From an uncultured delta proteobacterium (GTDB taxonomy: Bacteria; Desulfobacterota; Syntrophorhabdia; Syntrophorhabdales; WCHB1-27), in the NCBI GenBank assembly GCA_963821605.1, contig CAWGEZ010000012.1, positions 725-64,724 on the forward strand: DNA of 64,000 bases, in the 5' to 3' direction. Position numbers and translations under genes: made by a program. Shown here in pieces: positions 43,787 to 53,379 of this stretch. A model generated the notes under the pieces. It made no database searches. It saw only the letters and a list, made by a program, of their open reading frames with translations, and was not told the DNA's origin. Numbering within the stretch: position 1 is the first letter of the stretch; the number at the start of each line of letters is the position of its first letter.

Positions 43787-44432
43787 ATGATGTGGAAGAA
43801 GACGCGGGATGAAATGGCAGTTCACGCCCTTGGCTTTACTCACGGCTATGAGTATTGCGACTACACGGAAAGTCGGTACGCTGCTGCTTGCTTAGTCTTG
43901 TTTGTCCTGTTCCTGATTCTGTTCCCCGGAGTGTCCTCTTTTATTCCATCGCGCTCCCTCGTTGCCTTGTCGCTCGTATGGGTTCTTGGCAGCCTCGTCG
44001 TCCTTGTCGTCGCGGCTTTTACGAGGAGACATGCGGGAATCGGTGAAGAAGGCCTGACATACTTAGGCCTGGGGTAAGAAGATCAACGCCTCTTGGCCGC
44101 AAGTAGTGAAGGTAAGACTAGAGGGGAATAGGTGCGCCACAGTTTTTACCGAAGAGGGTAAGTTTCACATCACTGCTTTCAACCTTAAACCGACCGATGG
44201 CCCGCCCCTTCCGTTTTTCGACCCCGACCCGACCGCACTGCAGTATTATACGGAACTACTCGAAGAGCTTCGCCAGAGAACCTCTAATGCCCAGTGGACG
44301 GTCGATCCCGTATATGCGCTGTTCAACGCCGAGACTCCTGGCGTGATACCAGAACCGTGGTTGCCCACACTGCTGTGGATGCTCCCATTTGTCTTAGGAA
44401 CGCTCGGTGTTCTTAGGCTGCTTGCACGCTAG
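43787..44432 (+). CDS. Cassette ORF, membrane protein (interrupted near 44075)
   Basis: GGGAG RBS; two TM helices, a soluble part and a C-terminal TM, split over ORFs 43787-44077 and 44106-44432. Confidence 0.6.
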
Positions 44433-44464
44433 CACGCTATAAAGGGAAAACAGCTAGAGAGATT

Positions 44465-44550
44465 AAAACTTTGGGGACGTTGTTTCTTACGTTGCATAAC
44501 TCTTGACAAAACTTTGGGGACGTTGTTTCTTACGTTGCATAACTCTTGAC
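44465..44550. repeat. Two tandem 43-bp units containing the left 37-bp inverted repeat of the RAYT element
   Basis: AAAACTTTGGGGACGTTGTTTCTTACGTTGCATAACTCTTGAC x2. Confidence 0.95.
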
Positions 44551-44574
44551 AGGCAATCCCGGATGCGCTAAAGT
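44546..44574 (+). promoter_or_regulatory. Promoter for a probably leaderless RAYT mRNA
   Basis: TTGACA-17nt-TAAAGT-6nt-ATG; no Shine-Dalgarno. Confidence 0.65.
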
Positions 44575-44580
44575 TTACGC

Positions 44581-45561
44581 ATGCCCCGCCAGGCACGCCT
44601 TGACACCCCCGGAGCGCTCCATCATATCATCGTTCGCGGGATAGACAGGACTGCCATCTTCAGAGACAGCGCGGATAAGCAAGCGTTTCTCGAGAGGTTG
44701 GGTAAAGAAGTTACCGAGAGCGGCTCCTCAGTCTATGCCTGGGTCCTCATGGACAATCACATTCACCTGCTGTTTCGCAGTGGCCCTAAAGGCATAAGCG
44801 CGGCAATGAGAAAGCTCCTTACCTGGTACGCCCAGTACTTTAACCGTCGCCATAAACGAATCGGCCATCTGTTCTCGAACCGCTATAAATCTATTCTCTG
44901 TGAAGAAGACCAGTACCTTCTTGCTTTGGTGCGCTACATCCATCTCAACCCCATAAGATCGCAGATCGTCAAGACTCTGCATGGGCTCGATGGCTATCCT
45001 TGGAGTGGCCATAGGGCGATTGCGGGCAAGGCGGCCCACGCTTGGATGGACACGGCATTTGTATTGGCATGTTTCGGCAAAAGGAAAAGCGCGGCTTACA
45101 GGGCCTATAGGCGCTTTCTGCAGGAGGGGATAGGTCGGACCCATGATCCGCTGCTCACCGGCGGCGGCCTCGTACGGAGCCTTGGCGGTTGGTCGAACGT
45201 AGTTGCCGTCAGAAGCAAGGGAGAACGCGAAGAAGCAGACCAGCGTGTACTCGGGAGCAGCACCTTCGTGCAAGCTATGCTCAAAGAGACAGAGCTTCGC
45301 CAGAGGCGCCAGCTAAAACTCCGCCTATCGGGCAAGACCATTAACAATATCATCCAGGAAGAGTGCAAGAAAGAGGATGTGAGCCCACGTGAACTTCAAA
45401 ACGGCAGCAGACGAGCCAAAGTGAGTCATGTTCGTTCCCTCATCGCCTACAGGGCGGTGCGCGAGCTTGGCCTTCCTGCTGCAGAGATAGCCCGCAACCT
45501 GGGCGTCAACACCTCCAGTATCACCCGTGCCATTGCCAAGATGGAAGGGAAGGGGCGATGA
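44581..45561 (+). mobile_element. REP-associated tyrosine (HUH Y1) transposase with C-terminal HTH
   Basis: MPRQARL, HHIIVRG, LMDNHIHLL (HUH), GHLFSNRYKS, RYIHLNP, YPWSGH. Confidence 0.93.
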
Positions 45562-45917
45562 AGAGTTATGCAATGCAAGAAACAACGTTCCCAAAGTAAA
45601 CGTCTACAGGGCGGTGCGCGAGCTTGGCCTTCCCGCTGCAGAGATAGCCCGCAACCTGGGCGTCAACACCTCCAGTATCACCCGTGCCATTGCGAAGATG
45701 GAAGGGAAGGGGCGATGAAGAGTTATGCAACGTAAGAAACAACGTCCCCAAAGTACAAAGTACAGTATCACCCGTGCCATTGCGAAGATGGAAGGGAAGG
45801 GGCGATGAAGAGTTATGCAACGTAAGAAACAACGTCCCCAAAGTAAACGTCCAACGTCCCCAAAGTAAACGTCCCAAAGTAAACGTCCCCAAAGTAAACG
45901 TCCCCAAAGTACAAAGT
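45561..45917. repeat. Right inverted repeat x3 within nested duplications, plus tandem AAACGTCCCCAAAGT units
   Basis: IR at 45561-45597, 45718-45754 and 45808-45844. Confidence 0.95.
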
Positions 45918-45969
45918 ATGAATGGATTGACAAGATGCAAATACTATATATTAGAACAGGAGGTTTCAA

Positions 45970-46977
45970 ATGATGAAAGGCAGAAACTTGCGACAAAGGA
46001 CGCTCGGAGAAATCGGAATTTTGACGATCATAGGGATCTTATACCTTGTGCTTGCCGTTCCCGCTTTGGCACAATCGGCAGATGATTTTACCGTTACCCT
46101 GCTTGGCACAGGAAGCCCGATACCCGCTCCAGACCGCTTCGGACCCAGCAATTTGGTCGAGGTGGGCGGCCAGAGGCTTGTCTTCGATCTGGGGCGAGGT
46201 TGCAGTATCCGTCTGTGGCAGAAGCAGATTCCTCTCGGCAGCATAGACGCACATTTTCTCACACACCTGCACTCGGATCACGTCAATGGTCTTTCCGACC
46301 TCTGGCTCAGCGGATGGATACAAACAGCCTTCGGTGGTCGGAAAAAGCCTTTCACCATCTATGGTCCTCCAGGAACAGAAAAGATGATGGCCAATCTGTG
46401 GGAGGCATTTTCCGAAGACCGGCGCATTCGTTACGCTGATGAAAATAACCCTTTAACCGGCATACAGGTAGATGCACACGATTTTAAACCGGGTGTCGTT
46501 TATGAAAAGAATGGTGTTGTTGTGACCGCCCTTGAGGTAGACCATGGCGACCTTGTTAAGCCCTGCTACGGTTTTAAAGTCACCTACAAAAACCATTCGG
46601 TGGTGATTTCGGGTGATACCCGTTATAACGAAAACGTTGAGAAAGCGGCCATGGGGACCGATCTGCTCATCCATGAAGTAGCAATGGTCCCGGAAAAGCT
46701 CCTTGCTGAATACCCCGTCTATAAAGCGATAATAGCGCATCATATCTCACCGGAACAGGCCGGGAAGCTCTTCGCCAAGGCCAAGCCCAAACTGGCCGCT
46801 TATACACACCTCGTATTATCCGGCCTTCCCGGGAAGGGCATTCCATTCCCTACACCGGAAGATCTGTTGACTGCGACCCATAAGACCTACGATGGCCGCG
46901 TAGTGGTGGGTGTGGACCTGATGACTTTCAAGATCAACGACAGCGGCGTTTCCGTCATCGAGCCTACCGGTCGGTGA
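45970..46977 (+). CDS. Exported MBL-fold hydrolase (RNase Z/AtsA-like)
   Basis: LLGTGSP, THLHSDH, SGDT; signal peptide ending ALA-Q. Confidence 0.88.
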   Translation: MMKGRNLRQRTLGEIGILTIIGILYLVLAVPALAQSADDFTVTLLGTGSPIPAPDRFGPSNLVEVGGQRLVFDLGRGCSIRLWQKQIPLGSIDAHFLTHLHSDHVNGLSDLWLSGWIQTAFGGRKKPFTIYGPPGTEKMMANLWEAFSEDRRIRYADENNPLTGIQVDAHDFKPGVVYEKNGVVVTALEVDHGDLVKPCYGFKVTYKNHSVVISGDTRYNENVEKAAMGTDLLIHEVAMVPEKLLAEYPVYKAIIAHHISPEQAGKLFAKAKPKLAAYTHLVLSGLPGKGIPFPTPEDLLTATHKTYDGRVVVGVDLMTFKINDSGVSVIEPTGR

Positions 46978-47008
46978 ATGGAAGTATCGAATAGGACGGA
47001 GGGGTTAT

Positions 47009-48124
47009 ATGCCGAAACTTTTTGAGACCACAACCATCAACGCGGTGACCCTGGAGAACCGCTTTGTCCGGTCCGCTACCTGGGAAGGTCTGGCCACGGA
47101 TGACGGGTTCGTGACGGACAGGTTGATTGATCTCTCCGTGCAGCTTGCGAAAGGCGGCGTCGGCCTTATCATTACCGGCCATGCTTACGTGAGCAAAGAG
47201 GGGCAGGCGAGCCCCTGGCAGCTCGGCGCCCACAGTGACACGGTCATTGAGGGGCTGGCCGCGATGGTCGACGCGGTGCATGGAGCTGGCGGCAAAGTTG
47301 TCCTCCAACTGGCCCACGCGGGCTGCCGCGCAGGTTTCGGATTAACGGGACTTGAACCGTTTGGACCTTCGGTGATGATAGGCGAGACAGGCCCACTCTG
47401 CCGGGCCATGACACAAGATGAGATTCTCAAGGTTGGTGAAGCTTTCGCGCGGGCAGCGGTCCGGGCAGTAAACGCCGGTTTCGATGGCGTCCAGATCCAT
47501 GCGGCGCACGGCTACCTCCTGAGCCAGTTTCTTTCGCCTTTCCATAATAAAAGAAAGGATGCTTATGGCGGAGGCGTCGAAAATAGGGCACGCATCGTCC
47601 TTGAAGTGCTTCGCAAGGTACGGGATGCAGTCGGTCCTGATTGTCCTGTGTTGATCAAAATGAACTCCGAAGACTTCGTCAACGGCGGCTTCTCCGTGGA
47701 TGATATGCTCGCCGTGGCCGTAATGCTCGAGAAAGCCGGTATTGATGCCATAGAGTTGAGCGGGGGTAGCGCCTTCTCTCCCAAGTACATTTCTTCTCGC
47801 CCCGGTCGAATTGAGAGTGAGGAAGATGAGGTCTATTACCGGGAAGCCGCGCGCAGGTACAAAGAAAAAGTGCACGTTCCGCTCATGCTCGTAGGAGGTA
47901 TACGCTCCTACGGCGTGGCGGAGAAGCTCGCGGAAAATGGCATAGCGGACTACATTGCTCTCTGTCGCCCTCTGATTCGGGAGCCCGGTCTCATCAATCG
48001 CTGGCGGTCCGGTGATACGGGCAAAGCGACGTGCGTCTCTGACAACGGCTGCTTCACCCCAGCTCGGGCCGGGCGTGGGCTCTTCTGCGTGGTTGAACAG
48101 AGGGGCGTTAGCGGCAGTTCGTGA
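47009..48124 (+). CDS. NADH:flavin oxidoreductase (OYE family)
   Basis: NRFVRSATWE, QIHAAHGYLLSQFLSP. Confidence 0.93.
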   Translation: MPKLFETTTINAVTLENRFVRSATWEGLATDDGFVTDRLIDLSVQLAKGGVGLIITGHAYVSKEGQASPWQLGAHSDTVIEGLAAMVDAVHGAGGKVVLQLAHAGCRAGFGLTGLEPFGPSVMIGETGPLCRAMTQDEILKVGEAFARAAVRAVNAGFDGVQIHAAHGYLLSQFLSPFHNKRKDAYGGGVENRARIVLEVLRKVRDAVGPDCPVLIKMNSEDFVNGGFSVDDMLAVAVMLEKAGIDAIELSGGSAFSPKYISSRPGRIESEEDEVYYREAARRYKEKVHVPLMLVGGIRSYGVAEKLAENGIADYIALCRPLIREPGLINRWRSGDTGKATCVSDNGCFTPARAGRGLFCVVEQRGVSGSS

Positions 48125-48636
48125 AACCAATGCAAGGAATAATGCCTGAGGTCAGCAACCCGATTTCTAAATTAAATTGTAGGAACAACTGGAAACGAAG
48201 TGGGGACATTGTTTCCGAGTGCGATTTGTACGGACAACCTCCTCCATTCATGGAAACACCCGTACTGCTACTAAAGACTCAAACGATGTAACTTCCGTTG
48301 GTCCCTACATTGCGTAATTCTTGATCGATCCGCTACATCCGTCAGGCTTTTCCGATCATCGTTTGCTGAAATTGGGGCTGTAAATTGCGAAGGCTGCGCC
48401 AAAAAGGCCGTGATTGGCTGCCGACCGGCCTAGCGCATAGCGAGTGCAGCGTGCCAGCAGTGCAGCAGCAAAGTAATTCGCAGATCGCGCCGGAATGACA
48501 CCCCGCCATTGGTGTCCATGGATAACTGCGAGGACTCACCTGCTGGCATACGAGTTGCAAGTTTCCATTGCACAGCGATCGCCCAGCGCAGCCGGTGTCT
48601 GCGTGCGCACAAGGCGATCCTGCTTGGAGGTTGTTG

Positions 48637-51390
48637 ATGAGAAATTGGCGTGCGGCTCTCCTGGCTTTACTGCTGGTATCGGGGCTGTTTACGGCCGGCA
48701 GCGGGCTCTGTCTCGATCAGGCTGATAAGCAGGCTCTCGACCTGATGGACTTCGCCGTAAAACAGACGGTGAAAGAGACGGGTGTTGAGGCCATCGGCGT
48801 CGGTTCCTGGACATCCCAGAAGAAATACAAGGGACCGCTTTCAGGCGGCACGTCCGACCACGACATGCGGGTGGTACTGACCGGCGAGACAAATACCGCC
48901 GTGGCCACCAAAAAGTGGAAGGACTTCCAGGCTAAGCTCCGGGAAAACATCACAGCCAGCGGCCAGGCCAAGCGTCTGAGCGAGGGCGAGATCAACAAGC
49001 TCATCAACAGCACTAACGTCTATCCGCCCGGCCAGATCATGGAGGCCGTGGAGAATGCCGACGACGCAAAGAAATTCTTCTCCCGTGGGGGAGCCAAGCC
49101 GAACCTCGGTGACGCGCCGGTTGAGGGGCTTTGGGGCAAAGGGAGCAAGACCTACACGCATTACTACGAGGAGAAGTCGGGAAAGCTCTTCTTTGTGGAT
49201 GATAAATCGGGTAAGGTGATGACGGGTGGCACCGACCTGACCCACCTGATCGAGGGTGCGGAGGCCCACACGACCGCGGGCGAGGTGAACAAGGCCCGCC
49301 AGTGGGCGGAAAAGGTCATCGAACAGATCGAGGAAGGTAACATCGACAAGGTGGCCAAACAGGCGGAGCGGCTCAGGACCTCCGTCAACAAGGCCAGGGG
49401 CCTGGAGCGGCTCGGCACCCGGGTGGACTACCTGGACGACATCGTGAGCGGAAAGGTGACCGACCCGGAAGCGATACGTGCAGCCGTCGCGCGCGCGAAA
49501 CAAGAGGCCGGACTCTTGCTCTCCCTCGCCGAGGAAACCAATGTAAAGACCAGGGGTATGCTGCGCAACGTGCTCACGACCGAGGCCGGCGAGTTCTCGA
49601 AGATGGGTAAGGTTTTCTGGAAATATGCGGACAAGGTACCCGCAGCACAGCTCTTCAGGGCCTTCCAGCTCTACGGCTATTATGCACAGGTCAAAGACAT
49701 CTCCGCCATGACGGGCGCAGACTTCAACAGCGCGGTGCTCAATGCGTATGCAAAGGAGCTGGGATGGATGGCCGGCCCCCTTTCCGGGCTTGCCATGGAA
49801 CTCGCTGATGCCACGCTTCAGGCTGCCCGCCAGGGCGCCTACAACATCGTTACCGCCTTCCAGGATTGCGAAGACCTCGTGACCGGGGTCCACTCAGTCA
49901 AAGGCAGAGAAGAGCTCAACAAGGGTATGAGCATCGATCAGATGGTTTCTACGTTCGTCGATACGTCGGACGGCAGGGAACGGCTCCGCAACCTTGTCTG
50001 GTACCAGGCCCGTCAAGCTTCGATGAGACTCGAGAACAATGTCTGGGTCGAGGACGCCAACATCCAGAATACGCTCTACCAGAAGTGCTACAACCCAATC
50101 GTGGCCATGTGGAGGGAAAAACGGGTGGAGAAGATCAGCGCCTTCAACCAGCTCTTTCACGAGTTCGACAAAATGGCCACAGCAAGTAGAGCGGTAATAT
50201 CGATCGAGCCCTACGGTGATCCTGTGCCCATGAGGGAGCAGACCCGGGATGGCAAGATCGCCAGGGTTACGATCAACGGCGCCACATCTCAGGATCAGCG
50301 GAGGATGTTCGACCTGGTAAAAAGGATGAACACGCTATTGGTACCCCTCGAGGGCGGGAAGGGAGACGTGCTTTTCGCTTCGCTCGGGCACGAACTCTCG
50401 CTGGATGGGAAGGGACATCCGAAGGAGTACGCTCCCGTGCGCCTGCCCGTGACGTTTGCGCAACCGGGCGACCACGTAGCGCGCCTCTCGATCGAGATGA
50501 GCGTGACCGGGACCTTCGCGTCGGACGACCTGACGCAGCATGGCCTGCTTCAGGGATACCGGAAACAGTATACCTCCGCAGCCACGCTTCCGTTCAGTGT
50601 GGTGGAGGATGTGTCACGGGTGCGGCTTAGAGCAGATGGACCCGGAAGGGTCAAGGTGGGACAACCGTTCCAACTCACGGCTGTGATAGAGGAGAGCCAG
50701 GTGCCCGCAAAGGCAATCCAGATCGCCTGGGGAAGTGTGACGAGCGGCCAGCGGCTGATGAACGGCTATGCGGACAGGGTAACAAGGGCAGAGCAGACTG
50801 CAGGCAGGTACCAGTATCTCGCAGAGGCTTTTGCCGTGGAACACGACCGCATGGTTCGTCTGGGCGACGCCCGCTGCATCGTGGAGGTCGTGACCGACGA
50901 ACCCCAAAAGCCGCAGGGCCCGGGGTTTATGGACATGCTTGGCAATATAGCACAAGAGCTTCAAAAGCAGACGACGCAGCAACCCGTAGTGAAAAAGCAG
51001 GACCCGGTCAAGCCGGAGCCGCCGAAGCCACAGGTTACAGAGAAACCGGCGGAAAAAAAGCAGGCGGGCTCAGGTCAGCAGAAAGACCTCACCGAGAATG
51101 AGGCGCTCTGCGAGTGTGTTAACCGGTACCTGACCGGACCGAGGACGGAAGAGCAGCGGCGCAGCTATAACAAGTGGTGTACGGATAAGGAGCGCTGCAA
51201 GGGCACGGATATCTTCCTGCGAGAACCCTTCAAATATAACCGGGAGGGCAACTACTGCTGGGGTTACGAAGAGTGCCGTGAATACAGCTACGACCCCGCG
51301 ACCAAGCAATCAAGCACCCGCACTTGCGGCTCCTTCAGCGGCGCCTATTACATCTATCAGGCCAAGGAGATGTGCGCGAAGGTAAAGTAG
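48637..51390 (+). CDS. Large secreted hypothetical protein
   Basis: GGAGG RBS, signal peptide, intact ~917-aa frame, P/Q/K linker, 8-Cys C-terminal domain. Confidence 0.85.
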   Translation: MRNWRAALLALLLVSGLFTAGSGLCLDQADKQALDLMDFAVKQTVKETGVEAIGVGSWTSQKKYKGPLSGGTSDHDMRVVLTGETNTAVATKKWKDFQAKLRENITASGQAKRLSEGEINKLINSTNVYPPGQIMEAVENADDAKKFFSRGGAKPNLGDAPVEGLWGKGSKTYTHYYEEKSGKLFFVDDKSGKVMTGGTDLTHLIEGAEAHTTAGEVNKARQWAEKVIEQIEEGNIDKVAKQAERLRTSVNKARGLERLGTRVDYLDDIVSGKVTDPEAIRAAVARAKQEAGLLLSLAEETNVKTRGMLRNVLTTEAGEFSKMGKVFWKYADKVPAAQLFRAFQLYGYYAQVKDISAMTGADFNSAVLNAYAKELGWMAGPLSGLAMELADATLQAARQGAYNIVTAFQDCEDLVTGVHSVKGREELNKGMSIDQMVSTFVDTSDGRERLRNLVWYQARQASMRLENNVWVEDANIQNTLYQKCYNPIVAMWREKRVEKISAFNQLFHEFDKMATASRAVISIEPYGDPVPMREQTRDGKIARVTINGATSQDQRRMFDLVKRMNTLLVPLEGGKGDVLFASLGHELSLDGKGHPKEYAPVRLPVTFAQPGDHVARLSIEMSVTGTFASDDLTQHGLLQGYRKQYTSAATLPFSVVEDVSRVRLRADGPGRVKVGQPFQLTAVIEESQVPAKAIQIAWGSVTSGQRLMNGYADRVTRAEQTAGRYQYLAEAFAVEHDRMVRLGDARCIVEVVTDEPQKPQGPGFMDMLGNIAQELQKQTTQQPVVKKQDPVKPEPPKPQVTEKPAEKKQAGSGQQKDLTENEALCECVNRYLTGPRTEEQRRSYNKWCTDKERCKGTDIFLREPFKYNREGNYCWGYEECREYSYDPATKQSSTRTCGSFSGAYYIYQAKEMCAKVK

Positions 51391-52833
51391 GTCTGGGTTG
51401 GACACCAGCAAGGTTCCTTGAAGCTGCATACGAGCTCAATGGCAAGTGGATCGCTGAGTTAAAGATACCCAAGGAGACGGAGCAGAAGAAATAGGAGAGA
51501 ACTAACGAAATAGTCTACGGGAAGGTGTGTTCAAGTCTCTAAAGTTGGGGAAGAGAACACTCTTCTCCGAACAGGAATTGGCGGCGCTTGTTGAAGGGCG
51601 TAGGAGGACTCGCCCCAAAGGATGAGACCTGGTTACAAAGCAACCCATGAGAAGGTTTATAAATTGTTTCGTACAAGCTATTGTAACTACAGGACAAATA
51701 GTCTGTGACCCCTGTAGCAGACTGAGCAAAAGAAGTAGCTGGTCGTTACTAATTAAAACAGTCATAACGTATCCATTAACTATCATAAACTATCATATTA
51801 TTAACAATTACCCATGCCGCGCTTCGCCGGCAGCCTCTGATGTTGAAAATGGGCTCTTTGGTTCTCAACGTGCGACTTGCAAGGTGCAACCGGTATTTTC
51901 TGCGTAGTAGGATAGATATTCAGAAAATCTTAGATTAAGCATCGCTTAGTTTCTGACGCTTATGAATAGATTATGATAGTAAAAGATATGTTATGGTACT
52001 AAGTGGTATAGCATACATCAGGAATATCCCTGAGGCCTTGGAGAGAGACGCCCATGAAAAGGAGTCTTGTAATACAGGACAGAATCCTGCGATTCAGAAC
52101 AAAGTTCGATTCCCGGCGTCTCCTTCTCTGTTGCCTTTGACTTGCATAAGTACTTGCCGTGCCTTAAGATTCAAGGACGCGCGTTCCAATAGAAGAGCTG
52201 GCATGTTTCTTGTATTTCTGAGGCACAAACAGACAGCGAACGGGTAAGCCGGGCTTCACCATGTCTGTTTTGACCGAGGTGGGAAACATGAATGTAGGGG
52301 CACATCAGAGAGTTTTGCCTGGCATCGTACAGGAAACGGATAGTGAATCGCCCACAGGACGTGCCTACGCAGCGATGTTTAACAACATGTGCAGGGTGGT
52401 GTCCGCATGCCTTCCGATCTTTGACCACGCCATACAGTCATTGAGACGGGGTGTTCCCGGGGGGCTGGATCCCTCTCGGTAGTCAAGCGAACGGAGTATT
52501 GGCATTTCCTCAAAATGGTTAAGCGATCTGGGGTAAGTTATGGATGGGAGCGGCCGTGAGAAGAGTGCCGATTTTGAGGGAAGGCAACCTTCAGATAAGC
52601 TTCGATGAAAAAGACGTGCGGCAGGTCTGTAACATGATGCGGTGCGGGAAGCTTGCTGAAGAATGTATTGGCCGCATGATCAACAGGGCTATGGAATGTA
52701 CGCTCTGCTACATCGTCCTCAGGATGTTGAAGACGCCGTGTCGAGTCGAGGGGCAAGGGTCTCGCGACGTGGTGCAGTTGAACTAAGGACGAAATATAGC
52801 CCCTTCTTTAATAAGAAAGCGTTCAGATAATGG

Positions 52834-53169
52834 CTATTTCTGCTTCTCGGGCTGATCCGGGGTCTTAAATTCCTTGATATAGTACCGGCGTTGCCAGTCC
52901 CAGTCGTAGAGGGCGTTGTCTTTCAGGTAATACCTCTTTATCCACCTCTTGTCAAAAACCGAATCGTCCCTGATGTAGTACTGGATTTGCCAGTCCAGGC
53001 TATAAAGTGTGTTATCTTTCAGGTAATAGCGTAGCTGCCAATCCAGGTCGTACACGGCTTGAAGCGGCCCGGTCTGACCTGCGGACGATACTACCATGAC
53101 GATGACAAAAAGGCCTGCAAGCCCGATGCACCGTCTCGGCCGCACTGACATGAGAAAACCTCCTTCCAT
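52834..53169 (-). CDS. Small exported protein with four 16-aa repeats
   Basis: Signal peptide followed by VYDLDWQLRYYLKDNT-like unit x4. Confidence 0.75.
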   Translation of the reverse strand: MEGGFLMSVRPRRCIGLAGLFVIVMVVSSAGQTGPLQAVYDLDWQLRYYLKDNTLYSLDWQIQYYIRDDSVFDKRWIKRYYLKDNALYDWDWQRRYYIKEFKTPDQPEKQK

Positions 53170-53379
53170 TTAAACGATCCCGGCCTTGCCCGCCGGAATT
53201 GTACATCCATTCTACCACAAGACAGGCTGTCGGGCTATTCTGATTGCCATTTACAGAGCGGCATGCCTGTCTTATGTTTTGGTATGAAGTTGCCGATTGT
53301 CTCTTAAATGTTCCATTTCCTCCTGACATGAACCGAATGTCAGGCAGCCCGATAGCAGCGCAAGTGGGACGGGAGCAAG

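Noticed and set aside
44424-44439. GCACGCTA x2 as a target-site duplication
   Set aside because: The copies are adjacent and have no counterpart beyond the RAYT right end.
44465-45917. CRISPR array (37-bp repeats)
   Set aside because: Repeats are inverted across the gene, the intervening sequences are copies of the RAYT 3' end rather than unique spacers, and no cas genes are present.
48841-49893. Long antisense ORFs (also 33845-34906, 47342-48130 and others)
   Set aside because: Shadow frames of GC-rich genes with no motifs or RBS.
51400-52800. AT-rich stretch with short ORFs and hairpins (possible riboswitch or gene remnants)
   Set aside because: No recognisable protein motif or riboswitch consensus; cannot support a call.
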